The notes: generated by a model from the sequence alone, not told the origin. A stretch of 53,115 bases of DNA from Ignavibacteriales bacterium (GCA_016182545.1 JACPGG010000024.1:9298-62412), one strand, 5' to 3'. Counted from the stretch's first letter, positions 27,915-39,473 are shown. A program made the numbers and translations.

Positions 27915-29399
27915 GTGAAACTTACCGTCTCAACGAAACCGATTCCTTCCGATCTTGCAGCATTTTTTATCTGTCAGGATGAGCAACTCTTTACTATGTC
28001 GATAAAAAAATTGAAGACAAACTTCCCTGCCGCAGCGGTCGATGTGTTTGCAAATAATGAATTCTCCGGTAAAGAGGGAGAATCGGTTCTCCTCTACACT
28101 AATGACAAGAAATTTCCGCGAGTGCTGCTCGTGGGGATGGGAGAAAACGAGAAATTTACAATTGAGAAATTGCGGCGAGCAACTGCTGCTGCCGCAAAAA
28201 AAGGAAGAGCACTGAAGATCGAATCGATCACAATGCATGCACCGGATGTCAATAAAGGTTCAGCAAAAGAAATTGCTGTTGCCATGAGCGAAGCAATTCT
28301 TCTTTCTCTCTACAAGTTCGACAAATATATCTCTGATGACAAAAACGGAAAGAAAATCAAGAATGTATCGTTCGTTCCGGCAACTCCAAGCGATCTGAAA
28401 GAATTTCAGCAAGGAGTTATCATCGGTGAAATACTTGCCGAAGGAACGATCCATACCCGCGATCTTGCCAATGCACCGGGAAATGAGATCTATCCCGAAA
28501 CACTCGCAAAGGATGCACAGGCACTTGGACACAGACTCGGTTTCTCCGTGAATGTCTTCGATAAAAAGAAGATCCAATCGCTCGGTATGGGAGGTATCAT
28601 CGGCGTCAGCAAAGGAAGCGAGAACGATCCGCGATTCATCATTATGGAATACGGAAAGCAGTTCAAGAAGCAAGGGACAGTCGTGCTCGTCGGGAAAGGA
28701 GTCACATTCGATACCGGCGGAATTTCGATCAAGCCTGCGGCAAGTATGGCAGAAATGAAAATGGATATGAGCGGCGCCGCTGCGGTGATCGGGACATTCC
28801 ATTCGATCGCGAAGTTGAAATTGAAGCGTCACGTGATCGGACTGATCCCCTCCGTCGAAAACATGCCGAGCGGCACTGCGTTCAAGCCGGGAGATATTAT
28901 CCGTCACTACAACGGAAAGACTTCGGAAGTAGACAACACCGATGCAGAAGGACGATTAATACTTGCCGATGCGCTTTCATATGCGTCGCAATACAAACCG
29001 GATGTTGTGATCGATCTAGCAACGCTCACCGGCGCTGTCGTCGTTGCACTCGGACAGCACGCAACGGGAATGATGGGGAACGATCAAGGCGTGATGGATG
29101 CCTTGAGAGATTCGGGAGAAAAAACATACGAACGAGTCTGGCAATTGCCATTGTTCGATGAGTATGAAAAGCAAATCAAAAGCGATGTTGCTGACGTGAA
29201 GAATGTCGGAGGACGTTGGGCGGGTGCGATCACGGCAGGCTGGTTCCTGAAAAAATTCATCGGTGATTACAAATGGGTACATTTGGACATCGCCGGTACC
29301 GCGATACTGGAATCAGACAAGGAATATACTTCCAAAGGTGGATCCGGCGTCGGAGTTCGTTTGTTAACGGAGTTTTTGATTCAATGGAAAAATTCTTAA
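27915..29399 (+). CDS. pepA: Leucyl aminopeptidase (M17)
   Basis: VGKGVTFDTGGISIK, MKMDM, NTDAEGRL, DLATLTG, HLDIAG. Confidence 0.96.
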   Translation: MKLTVSTKPIPSDLAAFFICQDEQLFTMSIKKLKTNFPAAAVDVFANNEFSGKEGESVLLYTNDKKFPRVLLVGMGENEKFTIEKLRRATAAAAKKGRALKIESITMHAPDVNKGSAKEIAVAMSEAILLSLYKFDKYISDDKNGKKIKNVSFVPATPSDLKEFQQGVIIGEILAEGTIHTRDLANAPGNEIYPETLAKDAQALGHRLGFSVNVFDKKKIQSLGMGGIIGVSKGSENDPRFIIMEYGKQFKKQGTVVLVGKGVTFDTGGISIKPAASMAEMKMDMSGAAAVIGTFHSIAKLKLKRHVIGLIPSVENMPSGTAFKPGDIIRHYNGKTSEVDNTDAEGRLILADALSYASQYKPDVVIDLATLTGAVVVALGQHATGMMGNDQGVMDALRDSGEKTYERVWQLPLFDEYEKQIKSDVADVKNVGGRWAGAITAGWFLKKFIGDYKWVHLDIAGTAILESDKEYTSKGGSGVGVRLLTEFLIQWKNS

Positions 29400-29420
29400 C
29401 AATCGTGGATTGATTTTCCC

Positions 29421-29843
29421 ATGCAAAACCAGAAATTGTATGCGAAGTTTGAAACCGAACTGATCGTGCGTCCGGATGATATCGACATGAACAATCATGT
29501 CCATAATTCGAAGTATTTTGATTATGTACTTGCAGCACGCTATGATCAAATGACCCGCTGCTACAAAATGCCGATGGATGAATTCATAGCCCGCGGATTC
29601 GGGTGGGTCGTCAGTGGCTGTACAATGCGTTTCAAACGTCCTATGGCATTGGGAGATGTTGCAATTGTCAAGACTCAAATAAAAGAAATGAAACTAAATG
29701 GGGTTGATGTGCTGTTTGAAATAGTAAGGAAAGAAACGGGCAAGATGTGTGTGGATGGGTTGTTCGAGTACACGATGATCAACCTTAAAACACAGCGGGC
29801 GGAAAAGATCACGCAGGATATCATTGATAAATACAGCATCTAA
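29421..29843 (+). CDS. Acyl-CoA thioesterase (4HBT/hotdog fold)
   Basis: VRPDDIDMNNHVHNSKYFDY motif. Confidence 0.9.
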   Translation: MQNQKLYAKFETELIVRPDDIDMNNHVHNSKYFDYVLAARYDQMTRCYKMPMDEFIARGFGWVVSGCTMRFKRPMALGDVAIVKTQIKEMKLNGVDVLFEIVRKETGKMCVDGLFEYTMINLKTQRAEKITQDIIDKYSI

Positions 29844-29865
29844 CACCAATGTAAGGAGTACGGCA

Positions 29866-30435
29866 ATGAAACGGATCTCAATCACGGCGACTCTTCTTAT
29901 TGTTTCAACGGCACTAATTATCGCCGGAGCACCAGCAAAAATTGAGAATTTCACTCTCAATGACTATACGGGGAAAAAAATATCGTTGACTGATTACAAG
30001 GATTCCAAAGCGATCATCCTGATGTTCATTGCAACCGAATGCCCTGTGTCCAATGCTTACAATGAACGCTACAATCAACTCTACAATGATTACAAAGGAA
30101 AGAAAGTCGCTATTGTCGGAATAAACTCCAACAAAGCTGAATCCGTTGACGACATCAAATCGCATGCAAAAGAACACGGCTTTGAATTCGCTATCCTGAA
30201 GGATGTGAATAATATTATCGCGGATAAACTCGATGCACAAAGAACCCCTGAAGTCTACATTGTCAATCCGTCAACCTGGGAAGTTGTATACCACGGTCGT
30301 ATCGACGATTCACAACGTGAGTCAAATATCAAATCCAAAGATTTGCGTGCTGCTCTGGATGAGGTACTTGCCGGGAAGCCTGTAAGCGTGAAAGATACGA
30401 AAGCATTCGGCTGCACGATCAAGCGGGTACAATAA
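29866..30435 (+). CDS. Exported thioredoxin-fold / AhpC-TSA-like protein
   Basis: AAGGAG RBS, signal peptide, FIATECPVS, GINSN, A.RTPEVY, YHGRIDD, AFGCTIK. Confidence 0.88.
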   Translation: MKRISITATLLIVSTALIIAGAPAKIENFTLNDYTGKKISLTDYKDSKAIILMFIATECPVSNAYNERYNQLYNDYKGKKVAIVGINSNKAESVDDIKSHAKEHGFEFAILKDVNNIIADKLDAQRTPEVYIVNPSTWEVVYHGRIDDSQRESNIKSKDLRAALDEVLAGKPVSVKDTKAFGCTIKRVQ

Positions 30436-30947
30436 TGCCGCAACAATTTTCAATTGAACGCCGAATTCATTTCGGCGTTCTTTTTTTCTTCGTCGTGATG
30501 CTCCCTTTGTCCCTCGCCTCTCAAACAGTCGAACCTATTGACAGGAAGAAACTTCTTTCACTGATATCCGAAAGGAATTCTAAACCACTTCTCCTCAATA
30601 TCTGGGCAACATGGTGCAAGCCATGCGTTGAGGAATTTCCCGATGTTATTCGATTATCGAACGAGCGTACGGAGATCGACGTTGTCGCTATCAGTGCGGA
30701 CTTCCCTGATGAGATTGAAGAGAAGATTCTTCCTTTCTTAAAGAAAATGAATGTGCCATTCAAGCTCTATGTCGCCGATTTTGCCGACCAGGACGAATTC
30801 TTTTCAATGTTCGACCCGCAGTGGGGCGGGGAAATTCCTGTAACATTCATCGATGACCAGAACGGAAAACAAACACACTTCTTACGGGGAAAACATTCCT
30901 TCATGGAATTTCAAAAAGCCGTTGAGGAAGTGATCAGGAAGCGATAA
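30435..30947 (+). CDS. TlpA-family disulfide reductase
   Basis: N-terminal TM/signal; NIWATWCKPCVEEFP. Confidence 0.9.
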   Translation: MPQQFSIERRIHFGVLFFFVVMLPLSLASQTVEPIDRKKLLSLISERNSKPLLLNIWATWCKPCVEEFPDVIRLSNERTEIDVVAISADFPDEIEEKILPFLKKMNVPFKLYVADFADQDEFFSMFDPQWGGEIPVTFIDDQNGKQTHFLRGKHSFMEFQKAVEEVIRKR

Positions 30948-30956
30948 ATTTAATAC

Positions 30957-32327
30957 ATGATCTCATTCCTTCCTCTTGGCGGTGCAAACGATATTGGCGC
31001 TTCGTGTTACTATCTCGATGTCGAGGGGACCGGGATCGTCCTCGACAGCGGCACCCATCCCCGTAAAATAGGACTTGATTCACTTCCTCACTTTGATCTT
31101 ATCCGCGACAAGAATGTCGATGTGGCATTGATTTCCCATGCACATCAGGATCACATCGACTCGCTGCCATATTTGGTGCAGCATCATCCGTACATCCGCA
31201 TTGCAACGACGCCGCAAACGCGAGGAGTCGCGGAGTTGACACTGCACAATACAGTCAATATTCTCGCCGAGCAGTTAAAAGATCATCTTGAATTGCGACC
31301 ATACACGCATGAAGAGATCGACCTGTTAATTCAAAGCATCGAGTGGCACGCTTACACTGAACAATTCACAGTCAATGGATATCGCCACAACAGCCGGGAT
31401 CCGGTTACTGCATCGTTCCATGATGCAGGGCATATTCTAGGTTCAGGGGGGATCCTTGTTGAACACGGCGGGCGGTCAATCTTTTATACAGGTGACATCA
31501 ACCTGGAACAGCAGGCAATTTTTCCCGGAGCGATCCTGCCGAACATGAAGGTCGATGTTCTGATATTAGAATGCACTCACGGTGCAACTGAAGATTCTTT
31601 ATTCCCCTCCCGCGATGAAGAAGAAACACGGCTCACACGTTCGGCGAACAACATTCTTGAAAATAACGGTTCGGTACTTATCCCGGTCTTTGCATTGGGG
31701 AAAGTGCAGGAGATGCTTGCGATCCTATGGAGACAAATGGTGAAAGGATCGCTTGCAAAGGTCGATATCTATACCGGCGGTGTCGGGAAAAAAATTTGCA
31801 AAGTGTACGACAGAAATCGCTTCGTTGTCCCGTACAATGATCCGGAATTTGTCTTGGACGATGTTCCTCAAAAAGATATCTATGATATCGAACAGATCGA
31901 AGATCTTTCCCGCCAGCATTGCATCGTCCTCGCAGGAAGCGGTATGATGATCGAACGTACGATGTCATTCAAACTTGCGCAAAGGTGGCTGCAAGATACC
32001 AAAAGCGCCATCTTCACTGTCGGTTATATGGATCCCGAAACGCCCGGATTCCGCATTCGCCATGCGAACAAAGGTGATCTTATTCAACTTACAAAAACTT
32101 CCGAACCGCAAACCGTCCGATGCAATATCGACAGGTTCAGATTTTCTGCGCACAGCACCCGCGGCGGATTATTATCCATCGTCGAGAGATTAAACCCCGG
32201 TATGATCGTTCTTGTCCACGGTGAGAATACTTCGGTCGATTGGATGGGGTATACGATCCTCAAAAATTTCCCTTATATGAAAGTGCATGGCGCAGAAGTA
32301 GGAAAACAGGTCACTCTTTTCGAATAG
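30957..32327 (+). CDS. MBL-fold beta-CASP metallo-hydrolase (putative RNase)
   Basis: LGGANDIGASC, SHAHQDH, AGHILGS, YTGD, ECTHG, FSAH, LVHGE. Confidence 0.9.
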   Translation: MISFLPLGGANDIGASCYYLDVEGTGIVLDSGTHPRKIGLDSLPHFDLIRDKNVDVALISHAHQDHIDSLPYLVQHHPYIRIATTPQTRGVAELTLHNTVNILAEQLKDHLELRPYTHEEIDLLIQSIEWHAYTEQFTVNGYRHNSRDPVTASFHDAGHILGSGGILVEHGGRSIFYTGDINLEQQAIFPGAILPNMKVDVLILECTHGATEDSLFPSRDEEETRLTRSANNILENNGSVLIPVFALGKVQEMLAILWRQMVKGSLAKVDIYTGGVGKKICKVYDRNRFVVPYNDPEFVLDDVPQKDIYDIEQIEDLSRQHCIVLAGSGMMIERTMSFKLAQRWLQDTKSAIFTVGYMDPETPGFRIRHANKGDLIQLTKTSEPQTVRCNIDRFRFSAHSTRGGLLSIVERLNPGMIVLVHGENTSVDWMGYTILKNFPYMKVHGAEVGKQVTLFE

Positions 32328-32400
32328 TGGTCTGAAGATTCCCTTTCATCCTTTCCCCCGTTTTTGTTATCTTACATCCGAAATGAGGAGCATTCAGAGT

Positions 32401-33708
32401 ATGAAAAAATTATCGTTGTTATTGTGGGGATGTTGTTTTTTTGCCGGTTTTGTACGGGCGCAGGAATCGATCGTGCGCGAGCGGACCAGCGGTGAAGTGA
32501 TTTATGTAGAGGCACACTACATACTTTCGATAGAAGATTCACATACTGTCATCGTCCCCTACCGCATCAGGAATGATTTTTTTGTGTTTACTCGCTCCGC
32601 CAATTCTGCAACAGAATTGTTCAGAGCAAAAGCCGATGCAGTCGCTGAGATTCTTGATTCCACCGGCAATTCGATTGCAAGAAGGATTGAAACAATCGAT
32701 CTCTCTTCAGAGACAAATTCTCCTGCCGAACTGCGCAAGAATTTCAAACAGGGATTCATGTCGTTCAACCTGCCGCAGGGAAAATTCACAATCCTCTTCA
32801 GGGTTGAAGACAAAGAATCGAAACGGATGTCGCCGGATATCAACCGCATGCTGGTGATTCCTGCCTCAAACGATCATATCAATTCATCATTCATCCCTGT
32901 CCTTCGCGATCACAACGGAACTCCGGAATTTACCATGTTCAATCTGAGCGGCGATGTGCTCTTTTCAAAGAATTTTGGATTCCTGTTCGTCTCGGATAGG
33001 AACGACCTTTCAACAGCGCGGTATTCAATACAACAGATCACCGGCGAAGATAAATCTGACCGTGAAAAAATATCTGATACGACTGTCCAATGCATTTCGT
33101 TCAAAGCGTCGAAGCCACATTTCCAAAAACAGAATGGTTCGATTATCGCAGCATTGCACCCGACCGATCAATTGAATGCCTATTTTATTCCCGTCAATGG
33201 GGAACAACTGCGGCAAGGACGATATGAAATATCATTAACCATCAATGACCTTCCTGCGTCGAAGATCTTGTTTGCAACCCGGTGGCTGGATATGCCCGTG
33301 TCGTTGACAGACCTTGACATTGCAACATATCCGCTCCAATATCTGTTGACGGAAGATGATTATTCAACGTTGCGCCGCGGATCGAGAGAGACACGCATCC
33401 AAAAATTTGAAGAGTTCTGGAAAAAGAAGGATCCTACTCCGGCAACAGCAATGAATGAGATGATGACCGAGTTCTACCGCCGCGTCGATCATTCGATCGG
33501 TGCATTCCGAACATTGAAAGAACCGAACGGCTCTCTGACCGACAGAGGGAAGATCTACATCCTGTACGGCAAACCAACTTCGACGGAGCGCTCTCTCTAC
33601 CCGAACAGCACGCCAAAAGAGGTATGGAAATATGAGAATTTAAAAAAGACGTTTGTCTTTGAAGATCAAAGCAAACAAGGGAACTACAAACTCGCAGAAA
33701 GTAAATGA
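32401..33708 (+). CDS. GWxTD domain-containing exported protein (start 32383 or 32401)
   Basis: Signal peptide; FWKKKDPTPAT..NE...EFYRRV..S...F......GSLTDRGKIYILYGKP pattern. Confidence 0.85.
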   Translation: MKKLSLLLWGCCFFAGFVRAQESIVRERTSGEVIYVEAHYILSIEDSHTVIVPYRIRNDFFVFTRSANSATELFRAKADAVAEILDSTGNSIARRIETIDLSSETNSPAELRKNFKQGFMSFNLPQGKFTILFRVEDKESKRMSPDINRMLVIPASNDHINSSFIPVLRDHNGTPEFTMFNLSGDVLFSKNFGFLFVSDRNDLSTARYSIQQITGEDKSDREKISDTTVQCISFKASKPHFQKQNGSIIAALHPTDQLNAYFIPVNGEQLRQGRYEISLTINDLPASKILFATRWLDMPVSLTDLDIATYPLQYLLTEDDYSTLRRGSRETRIQKFEEFWKKKDPTPATAMNEMMTEFYRRVDHSIGAFRTLKEPNGSLTDRGKIYILYGKPTSTERSLYPNSTPKEVWKYENLKKTFVFEDQSKQGNYKLAESK

Positions 33709-34700
33709 AACCCAACATCGCAATCACGATAGGAGATTTTAACGGAGTCGGTCCGGAAATAATTCTTAAAAGCATCACGCATCCCTCGATAAAAAAAGAG
33801 ATCCATCCAGTCCTGATCGGTTCGTACGAAATATTCGAACACTACGCAAAGAAATTGAAGATCGGTATAGAATTCACCAAAGTCGAAAATCAAAAAATAA
33901 AATTCGAAAGCGGCTCAATTCCTGTCATCGATGTTCACAAAGTGACAATCAAACAATTGCAGATCGGACAAACCTCACCCGACGCGGGGGTCTGTGCCGG
34001 CAGCGCCATTGAACGGGCGATCAAATTATGTTTGGAAAAAGAGGTCGATGCGATGGTGACCGCTCCTGTTTCAAAAGAGGCGCTGCATTACGCAGGATAC
34101 AATTTTCCCGGGCAGACCGAGATGCTGGCAATGCTTACCCGTTCGGAGCGAGTCACAATGATGCTGCTGACCAACACAATGCGTGTTGCGCTGGCGACAG
34201 TACATATCCCCATCAAAAAAGTATCGGAAAATATTTTTCTCGACAGGCTTCTGGAGAAACTGGAGACGATCAATGGCTCGTTAAAGAACGATCTTGGGAT
34301 TTCATCTCCTACAATCGCGGTACTCGGATTGAATCCGCACGCCGGCGAGAACGGTGCAATTGGAATGGAAGAAAAGGAAATCATCATTCCCGCAATTAAA
34401 AAGGGGGAAGAAAAAGGAATCAATGTGGTCGGTCCCTTCTCTGCAGACGGATTTTTTGCCTCCGGCGCATACAAAAAATACGACGCGATCTTGGCAATGT
34501 ATCACGATCAGGGATTGATCCCGCTGAAAATGAGCGGGTTCGATGAAGGGGTGAACTATTCTGCGGGATTGAAAATTATTCGCACCTCACCGGATCACGG
34601 CACGGCGTTCGACATTGCCGGAAAGGGGATCGCCAATCCCGGAAGCATGATTGCAGCCATTCAACTCGCATCATCCATTGCACAACGACGGAAAAAATAA
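33705..34700 (+). CDS. pdxA: 4-hydroxythreonine-4-phosphate dehydrogenase
   Basis: GDFNGVGPE, TAPVSKE, GLNPHAGE, AMYHDQGL, RTSPDHGTAFDIAGKG. Confidence 0.96.
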   Translation: MKPNIAITIGDFNGVGPEIILKSITHPSIKKEIHPVLIGSYEIFEHYAKKLKIGIEFTKVENQKIKFESGSIPVIDVHKVTIKQLQIGQTSPDAGVCAGSAIERAIKLCLEKEVDAMVTAPVSKEALHYAGYNFPGQTEMLAMLTRSERVTMMLLTNTMRVALATVHIPIKKVSENIFLDRLLEKLETINGSLKNDLGISSPTIAVLGLNPHAGENGAIGMEEKEIIIPAIKKGEEKGINVVGPFSADGFFASGAYKKYDAILAMYHDQGLIPLKMSGFDEGVNYSAGLKIIRTSPDHGTAFDIAGKGIANPGSMIAAIQLASSIAQRRKK

Positions 34701-35368
34701 TGCTCGTTCATCTCGAAGATGTTTACGTTGCACATGACCATCATACGATACTGATGGGAATCAATTTCATCATCGAACGGGGAGAATTCGTATCGTTGGT
34801 CGGTGAATCGGGAGCCGGCAAAAGCAGCCTGCTCCGATTATTATACATGGATTTGAAACCATCCCGCGGCATCGTCCACATCGGCGACTACACATCAAAG
34901 TCTATTAAATCGAATGAAGTGCCCCTCTTGAGGAGAAAACTCGGCATCGTCTTCCAGGATTTTAAACTTCTCGAGGATAGAAATGTGTATGACAATGTCG
35001 CCTTTGCATTGCATGTTACCGGTGCAACATCGGACGAGATAAAGAAAAAGGTGCTGACGGTGTTGACGCAGGTCGGTTTGGGACACAAAAGGAATGCCAT
35101 GCCGCATCAACTATCCGGCGGTGAACAGCAGCGCGTCTGCATCGCCCGCGCACTTGTCAATGAGCCGTTCTTGATTTTAGCAGACGAACCGACCGGCAAT
35201 CTTGATCCCGGCACATCGCACGAAATCCTCAAACTCCTGCTTGACATCAACCACAAAGGGACTGCCGTGTTGATGACGACGCACAATTACGACCTTGTAC
35301 GCAAGTCACAGGGAAGGATACTGCAGATAAAAGAGAAAAGCGTTCGGGAAGTGCAGTTGAAACAGTAA
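34700..35368 (+). CDS. ftsE: Cell division ATP-binding protein FtsE
   Basis: GESGAGKS, LRRKLGIVFQDFKLL, LSGGEQQR, LADEPTGNLDP. Confidence 0.88.
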   Translation: MLVHLEDVYVAHDHHTILMGINFIIERGEFVSLVGESGAGKSSLLRLLYMDLKPSRGIVHIGDYTSKSIKSNEVPLLRRKLGIVFQDFKLLEDRNVYDNVAFALHVTGATSDEIKKKVLTVLTQVGLGHKRNAMPHQLSGGEQQRVCIARALVNEPFLILADEPTGNLDPGTSHEILKLLLDINHKGTAVLMTTHNYDLVRKSQGRILQIKEKSVREVQLKQ

Positions 35369-35369
35369 A

Positions 35370-35609
35370 TTAGCACAACACCTGTTCCACTCTTTTTATT
35401 TCGGGGATATCGCGCAGAAGACGCCGCTCAACACCGGCGCGTAACGTCATGCGGGACATGGGGCAGCCGACACATGCGCCGGTCAATTTCACTTCGACGA
35501 ATCCGTCGTCGGTGATTCGCACCAATTCAACATCACCCCCATCCGCTTGAAGATAATGACGGATGGAATTAAGAGATGATTGAACCCTGTCTGTGATCGA
35601 TTGTTCCAT
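35370..35609 (-). CDS. NifU-like (Nfu) Fe-S carrier
   Basis: IRHYLQADGGDVEL...LTGACVGCPMS. Confidence 0.92.
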   Translation of the reverse strand: MEQSITDRVQSSLNSIRHYLQADGGDVELVRITDDGFVEVKLTGACVGCPMSRMTLRAGVERRLLRDIPEIKRVEQVLC

Positions 35610-35612
35610 GCA

Positions 35613-36704
35613 TTAATTATTCGTACCGATTGAAATCTCGATCGGCTCCGATTGGGAAGACAAATTGCTGATGCTGATCTGTGCAGCAAGATTCTTGGCA
35701 ATCGTCAAAAATATTTTTGAAGGATCACTCCCCGGCTCCGAATCAACGATCGGTCTGCCGGAATCGCTGCCGATACGTATCTTGGTGTAAATAGGTATTT
35801 CGCCGAGGAACGGTACCTTGAACTGTTCGGCAACTTTCTTTCCGCCCCCGGTATCAAAGATATTTTCTCTTTCGCCGCCCGCACTGACAAAGTAACTCAT
35901 GTTCTCAACGACACCCAGGATCGGCACATTCACTTTTTGGAACATCGCCATCCCTTTTCGCGCATCGGCAAGAGACATCTCCTGCGGCGTTGTCACGATC
36001 ACCGCACCGGTCAACGGGATCTGCTGCACAAGCGTCAATTGGATATCGCCGGTACCCGGGGGAAGATCGAAGATAAGATAATCAAGTTCTCCCCACTCAA
36101 CATCCGTGATGAATTGTTTCACAGCTCCGCTTGCCATCGGTCCGCGCCAGATCACCGCCTGGGATGGATCGACCAGGAAACCGATCGACATTACTTTCAC
36201 TCCGTACTTTTCCAGCGGGACAAGTTTCTGATTGTGCATCATCGGCTTCTCATTGATGTTGAACATCAATGGAATACTCGGTCCGTAAATATCGCAATCG
36301 ATCAAACCGACACGCGCCCCTTCACGCGCAAGCGCGACGGCGAGGTTCACCGCAACCGTCGACTTCCCGACCCCGCCTTTTCCGCTTGCAACTGCGATCG
36401 TATTCCGGACCCCTTTCAAGATCGGCGCCTGTTGAACGCTTGAACGCCGCGTCACGCTCGCTGTCATCGTTACAGTAACATTCTTCGCATCGGGAAATGT
36501 GGACCGAACGATCTGCTCCGCCTGTAATTTCATTTCATCCTTTACAGGACATGCAGGGGTGGTCAATTCGATCGTGAATGCGACGTCCGAACCTTTGATT
36601 GCAACATCTTTGACGAAGTTCAATGTCACAATATCCCTGTGGAGGTCGGGATCTTTTACCGCACGGAGCGCAGTCAGTATGTTTTCAGTGTTTAAGGTTG
36701 CCAT
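35613..36704 (-). CDS. apbC: Mrp/NBP35 (ApbC) Fe-S carrier ATPase with N-terminal DUF59/SufT-like domain
   Basis: V.DPDLHRDIV, LTTPACP, SGKGGVGKST, DIYGPS, WRGPM, DLPPGTGD, GVVENMS. Confidence 0.93.
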   Translation of the reverse strand: MATLNTENILTALRAVKDPDLHRDIVTLNFVKDVAIKGSDVAFTIELTTPACPVKDEMKLQAEQIVRSTFPDAKNVTVTMTASVTRRSSVQQAPILKGVRNTIAVASGKGGVGKSTVAVNLAVALAREGARVGLIDCDIYGPSIPLMFNINEKPMMHNQKLVPLEKYGVKVMSIGFLVDPSQAVIWRGPMASGAVKQFITDVEWGELDYLIFDLPPGTGDIQLTLVQQIPLTGAVIVTTPQEMSLADARKGMAMFQKVNVPILGVVENMSYFVSAGGERENIFDTGGGKKVAEQFKVPFLGEIPIYTKIRIGSDSGRPIVDSEPGSDPSKIFLTIAKNLAAQISISNLSSQSEPIEISIGTNN

Positions 36705-36728
36705 GATCTCTCTTATTAATGTACAAAA

Positions 36729-38582
36729 TTATTGATTCAGATTTTCCCGGCGGAGCCACTCATACACCCACTCAGTTTGCCGCAAAACCTGCGGTACCGC
36801 CACGATCCTGCCGCCAAACCCGATATGACGCCATGTAAACATGCTGCTGGTGGATGTGGATGTTTTGCGAAGATTCGCTTCGTTCAATGTAACACCGTAT
36901 TTCTTCGCAAGGGTTCCGATATACTGATCCAGTGTTTTTTGACGTTTCACGCCCAATAGTTTCTGTTCGATGGTGCGTTTTGTCTCTGCAAAATTCATCC
37001 GTAATGAATCATCGATCACCTTTCGTTCGAGCACTGTAAATATCGTCAAGCCCTCTTTTATTTTCCATGGTCCCTCCACTTCGCCGATCTTTGCTGTTGC
37101 AGCAAACATTCCCAGCTCGCCAAGATTCTTGATATCGGTCAGAACGGACTCCCCGCCATCCTTCGTCCACTCTTTCCGTTTGGAATACTTTCTCGCCAGC
37201 GTCGCAAAATCTTCTCCGCGTTTGAGTTTTTCCTTCAATCCTTTTGCCAATGAGATGCTGTCGACCAATATTTCGCGCAACCGTACCAGCATCGTCGCCC
37301 CAAAGAATGCGGGATCTTTTTGATATTCTTCCTCGATCTCAGTTTCAGAGACTTTGACCGTATCAATGACCTTACGAAGCAGGAGCGCACTGCGCCGATT
37401 ATCCATCCATGTGGAAAGATCGTGGCGCACATTCTCGGACTGTTGAAGATTTTTTCGCAACCCTTCCCGCGTCAGCAGTTCATTTTGAATCACAGTCTTC
37501 ATGTTGTTGTTCAGCACCCATTGCACGTATTCTTTTTGCAGGTTTGGAAAGACGACATAGTTATTGCTCAATCCCAGCAACACTTCTCCGAATGTCATCG
37601 GCGCGCCGGATGCAAAGGTGACAAATTCATTTTGAAGATAGGCGACGAGACGCTTTTGAATATCGTCCAACAAACCGCCCGAAAGCATATATACATTCTT
37701 AGTTCTGTATGCATTGGAATCGAGACTCATCAATGCGTGGATCGTATCCGCCAGCATAAAGAAAAGGTCAGGTTTCGCTTCGGCACGCTGCGATGCGGTC
37801 ACCGAAACGAACGCCTTTGTCGCAAGCGAATCTTCTTTCCTTCCCTTTATGATATTCCGAACTTTGTGCGCCTGATCCTGCCGATTGAATTTTGCATACT
37901 CCGGATTGGTATATTTTTTTAACAATCGCAGCATCACTGTCCCGTAGATTGACGACTCAACAGGTTTAGAGAGGCTGTCTTTATCGATTGTAAATGCCGC
38001 TTCTTCTAACGCCAGATCTGCAGAGCCAAACGACAACTGAACCGTATCGACAGGGATATACAGAGAATCGTAAAACAATTTCAGGATCGTACGTTTGTTT
38101 TTTGCCTGTTTGTATTTTTTAAAGAACAAATCCCCTTCTGCTTTTGAGAGTACGCCGAGGATCTCGACTTCAATTTCATATGCGTACCGGGACAGACCTT
38201 TTTGGATCTCGGCATTCGATATCTCTATCTTCGGCAGCACTTCCCTTTTATAAAATTCATCTCTGACAAAGAGACGCTCAAGATTGTACTGCATGCTTTG
38301 TGTGGCTGAATCAAACCCGATCTGCTGGGCGCTTGCTTCCATTGCCATCAATTTTTCGGCAACGAGTGAGTAGAGGAATTCAAGTTTGGTGTATTCGATC
38401 CTCGATTTTACATCCTTCTGCGGCCACGGCATCAATTCAAACCGTTCCAAAAAATCCTTTGCGGTAATCACCTGCGTGCTGATGCTTGCCAGCGTATCCA
38501 GGGGGAGTTGATTGGTTTGATATCCGAATTGTGACAGCGCGAACTGCGCCAGCAGCACAAATGAAAAAAACAACGCTTTCAT
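36729..38582 (-). CDS. Exported SurA/PrsA-like peptidyl-prolyl isomerase
   Basis: Signal peptide; C-terminal parvulin-like [15 protein letters not shown]......GG motif. Confidence 0.78.
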   Translation of the reverse strand: MKALFFSFVLLAQFALSQFGYQTNQLPLDTLASISTQVITAKDFLERFELMPWPQKDVKSRIEYTKLEFLYSLVAEKLMAMEASAQQIGFDSATQSMQYNLERLFVRDEFYKREVLPKIEISNAEIQKGLSRYAYEIEVEILGVLSKAEGDLFFKKYKQAKNKRTILKLFYDSLYIPVDTVQLSFGSADLALEEAAFTIDKDSLSKPVESSIYGTVMLRLLKKYTNPEYAKFNRQDQAHKVRNIIKGRKEDSLATKAFVSVTASQRAEAKPDLFFMLADTIHALMSLDSNAYRTKNVYMLSGGLLDDIQKRLVAYLQNEFVTFASGAPMTFGEVLLGLSNNYVVFPNLQKEYVQWVLNNNMKTVIQNELLTREGLRKNLQQSENVRHDLSTWMDNRRSALLLRKVIDTVKVSETEIEEEYQKDPAFFGATMLVRLREILVDSISLAKGLKEKLKRGEDFATLARKYSKRKEWTKDGGESVLTDIKNLGELGMFAATAKIGEVEGPWKIKEGLTIFTVLERKVIDDSLRMNFAETKRTIEQKLLGVKRQKTLDQYIGTLAKKYGVTLNEANLRKTSTSTSSMFTWRHIGFGGRIVAVPQVLRQTEWVYEWLRRENLNQ

Positions 38583-39469
38583 TCTACATGTTTTCCCGTC
38601 AATTGAGATAATGCCTTTTTATACAGCTCCGATGTTTTTGAGATGACCTCTTCGGGCATCATCGGTCCCGGCGGTTTTTTGTTGAAGTTGATTGAGACAA
38701 GATAATCGCGCACAAATTGTTTGTCATAACTGTTCTGTGCCTTCCCCGGTTGGTATGTTTCCTTAGGCCAGAATCGGGATGAATCGGGCGTCAATAATTC
38801 ATCGATAAGCACTAATGAACCGTTGCTCAATCCGAATTCCATTTTCGTGTCTGCGATAATGATTCCTTTTGATTCGGCAATTTCGGCAGCCTTCTCGAAG
38901 ATTGCGATCGCCTTCGATCGGACTTGTTCCGCAATCTCCTTTCCCTCCCTCTTTACCATCTCGTCGAACGAAATATTTTCATCGTGAATGCCGATCTCAG
39001 CTTTTGTCGAAGGGGTAAAGATCGTTTCGGGAAGTTTTTGGCTTTCAACGAGCCCAGCAGGAAGTTTGATGCCGCAGATCGAACCGGTCGATTTATAATC
39101 CTGCCATCCTGATCCCGAAATATATCCGCGAACGATACACTCCACAGAAAGCGGATTTGTCTTTTTGACCAGCATGCTGCGACCACGCAGATCTTCTCTA
39201 TACGGTGTGCATTCGGATGGGAACTCATCAACATTGGTAGACACAACATGATTGCGAATGATCTGTTTTGTCTGCTCGAACCAGAATGCAGAGATTTGTG
39301 TAAGAACTTTTCCTTTGTTAGGAATTCCCTGCGGCATCACCACATCGAATGCTGACAAGCGATCCGTTGCAACGAACAGGAGATGATCACCGACATCGTA
39401 AATATCCCGCACTTTTCCGCGTTTGAGGAATTTCAATGTCGGGAATTTCGTTTCGAGAAGTACTTTCAT
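38579..39469 (-). CDS. purC: SAICAR synthase
   Basis: [50 protein letters not shown]. Confidence 0.97.
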   Translation of the reverse strand: MKVLLETKFPTLKFLKRGKVRDIYDVGDHLLFVATDRLSAFDVVMPQGIPNKGKVLTQISAFWFEQTKQIIRNHVVSTNVDEFPSECTPYREDLRGRSMLVKKTNPLSVECIVRGYISGSGWQDYKSTGSICGIKLPAGLVESQKLPETIFTPSTKAEIGIHDENISFDEMVKREGKEIAEQVRSKAIAIFEKAAEIAESKGIIIADTKMEFGLSNGSLVLIDELLTPDSSRFWPKETYQPGKAQNSYDKQFVRDYLVSINFNKKPPGPMMPEEVISKTSELYKKALSQLTGKHVE

Positions 39470-39473
39470 GGAG

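Noticed and set aside
34700-35368. ftsE without adjacent ftsX
   Set aside because: ftsX may simply be unlinked elsewhere in the genome; not informative from one window.
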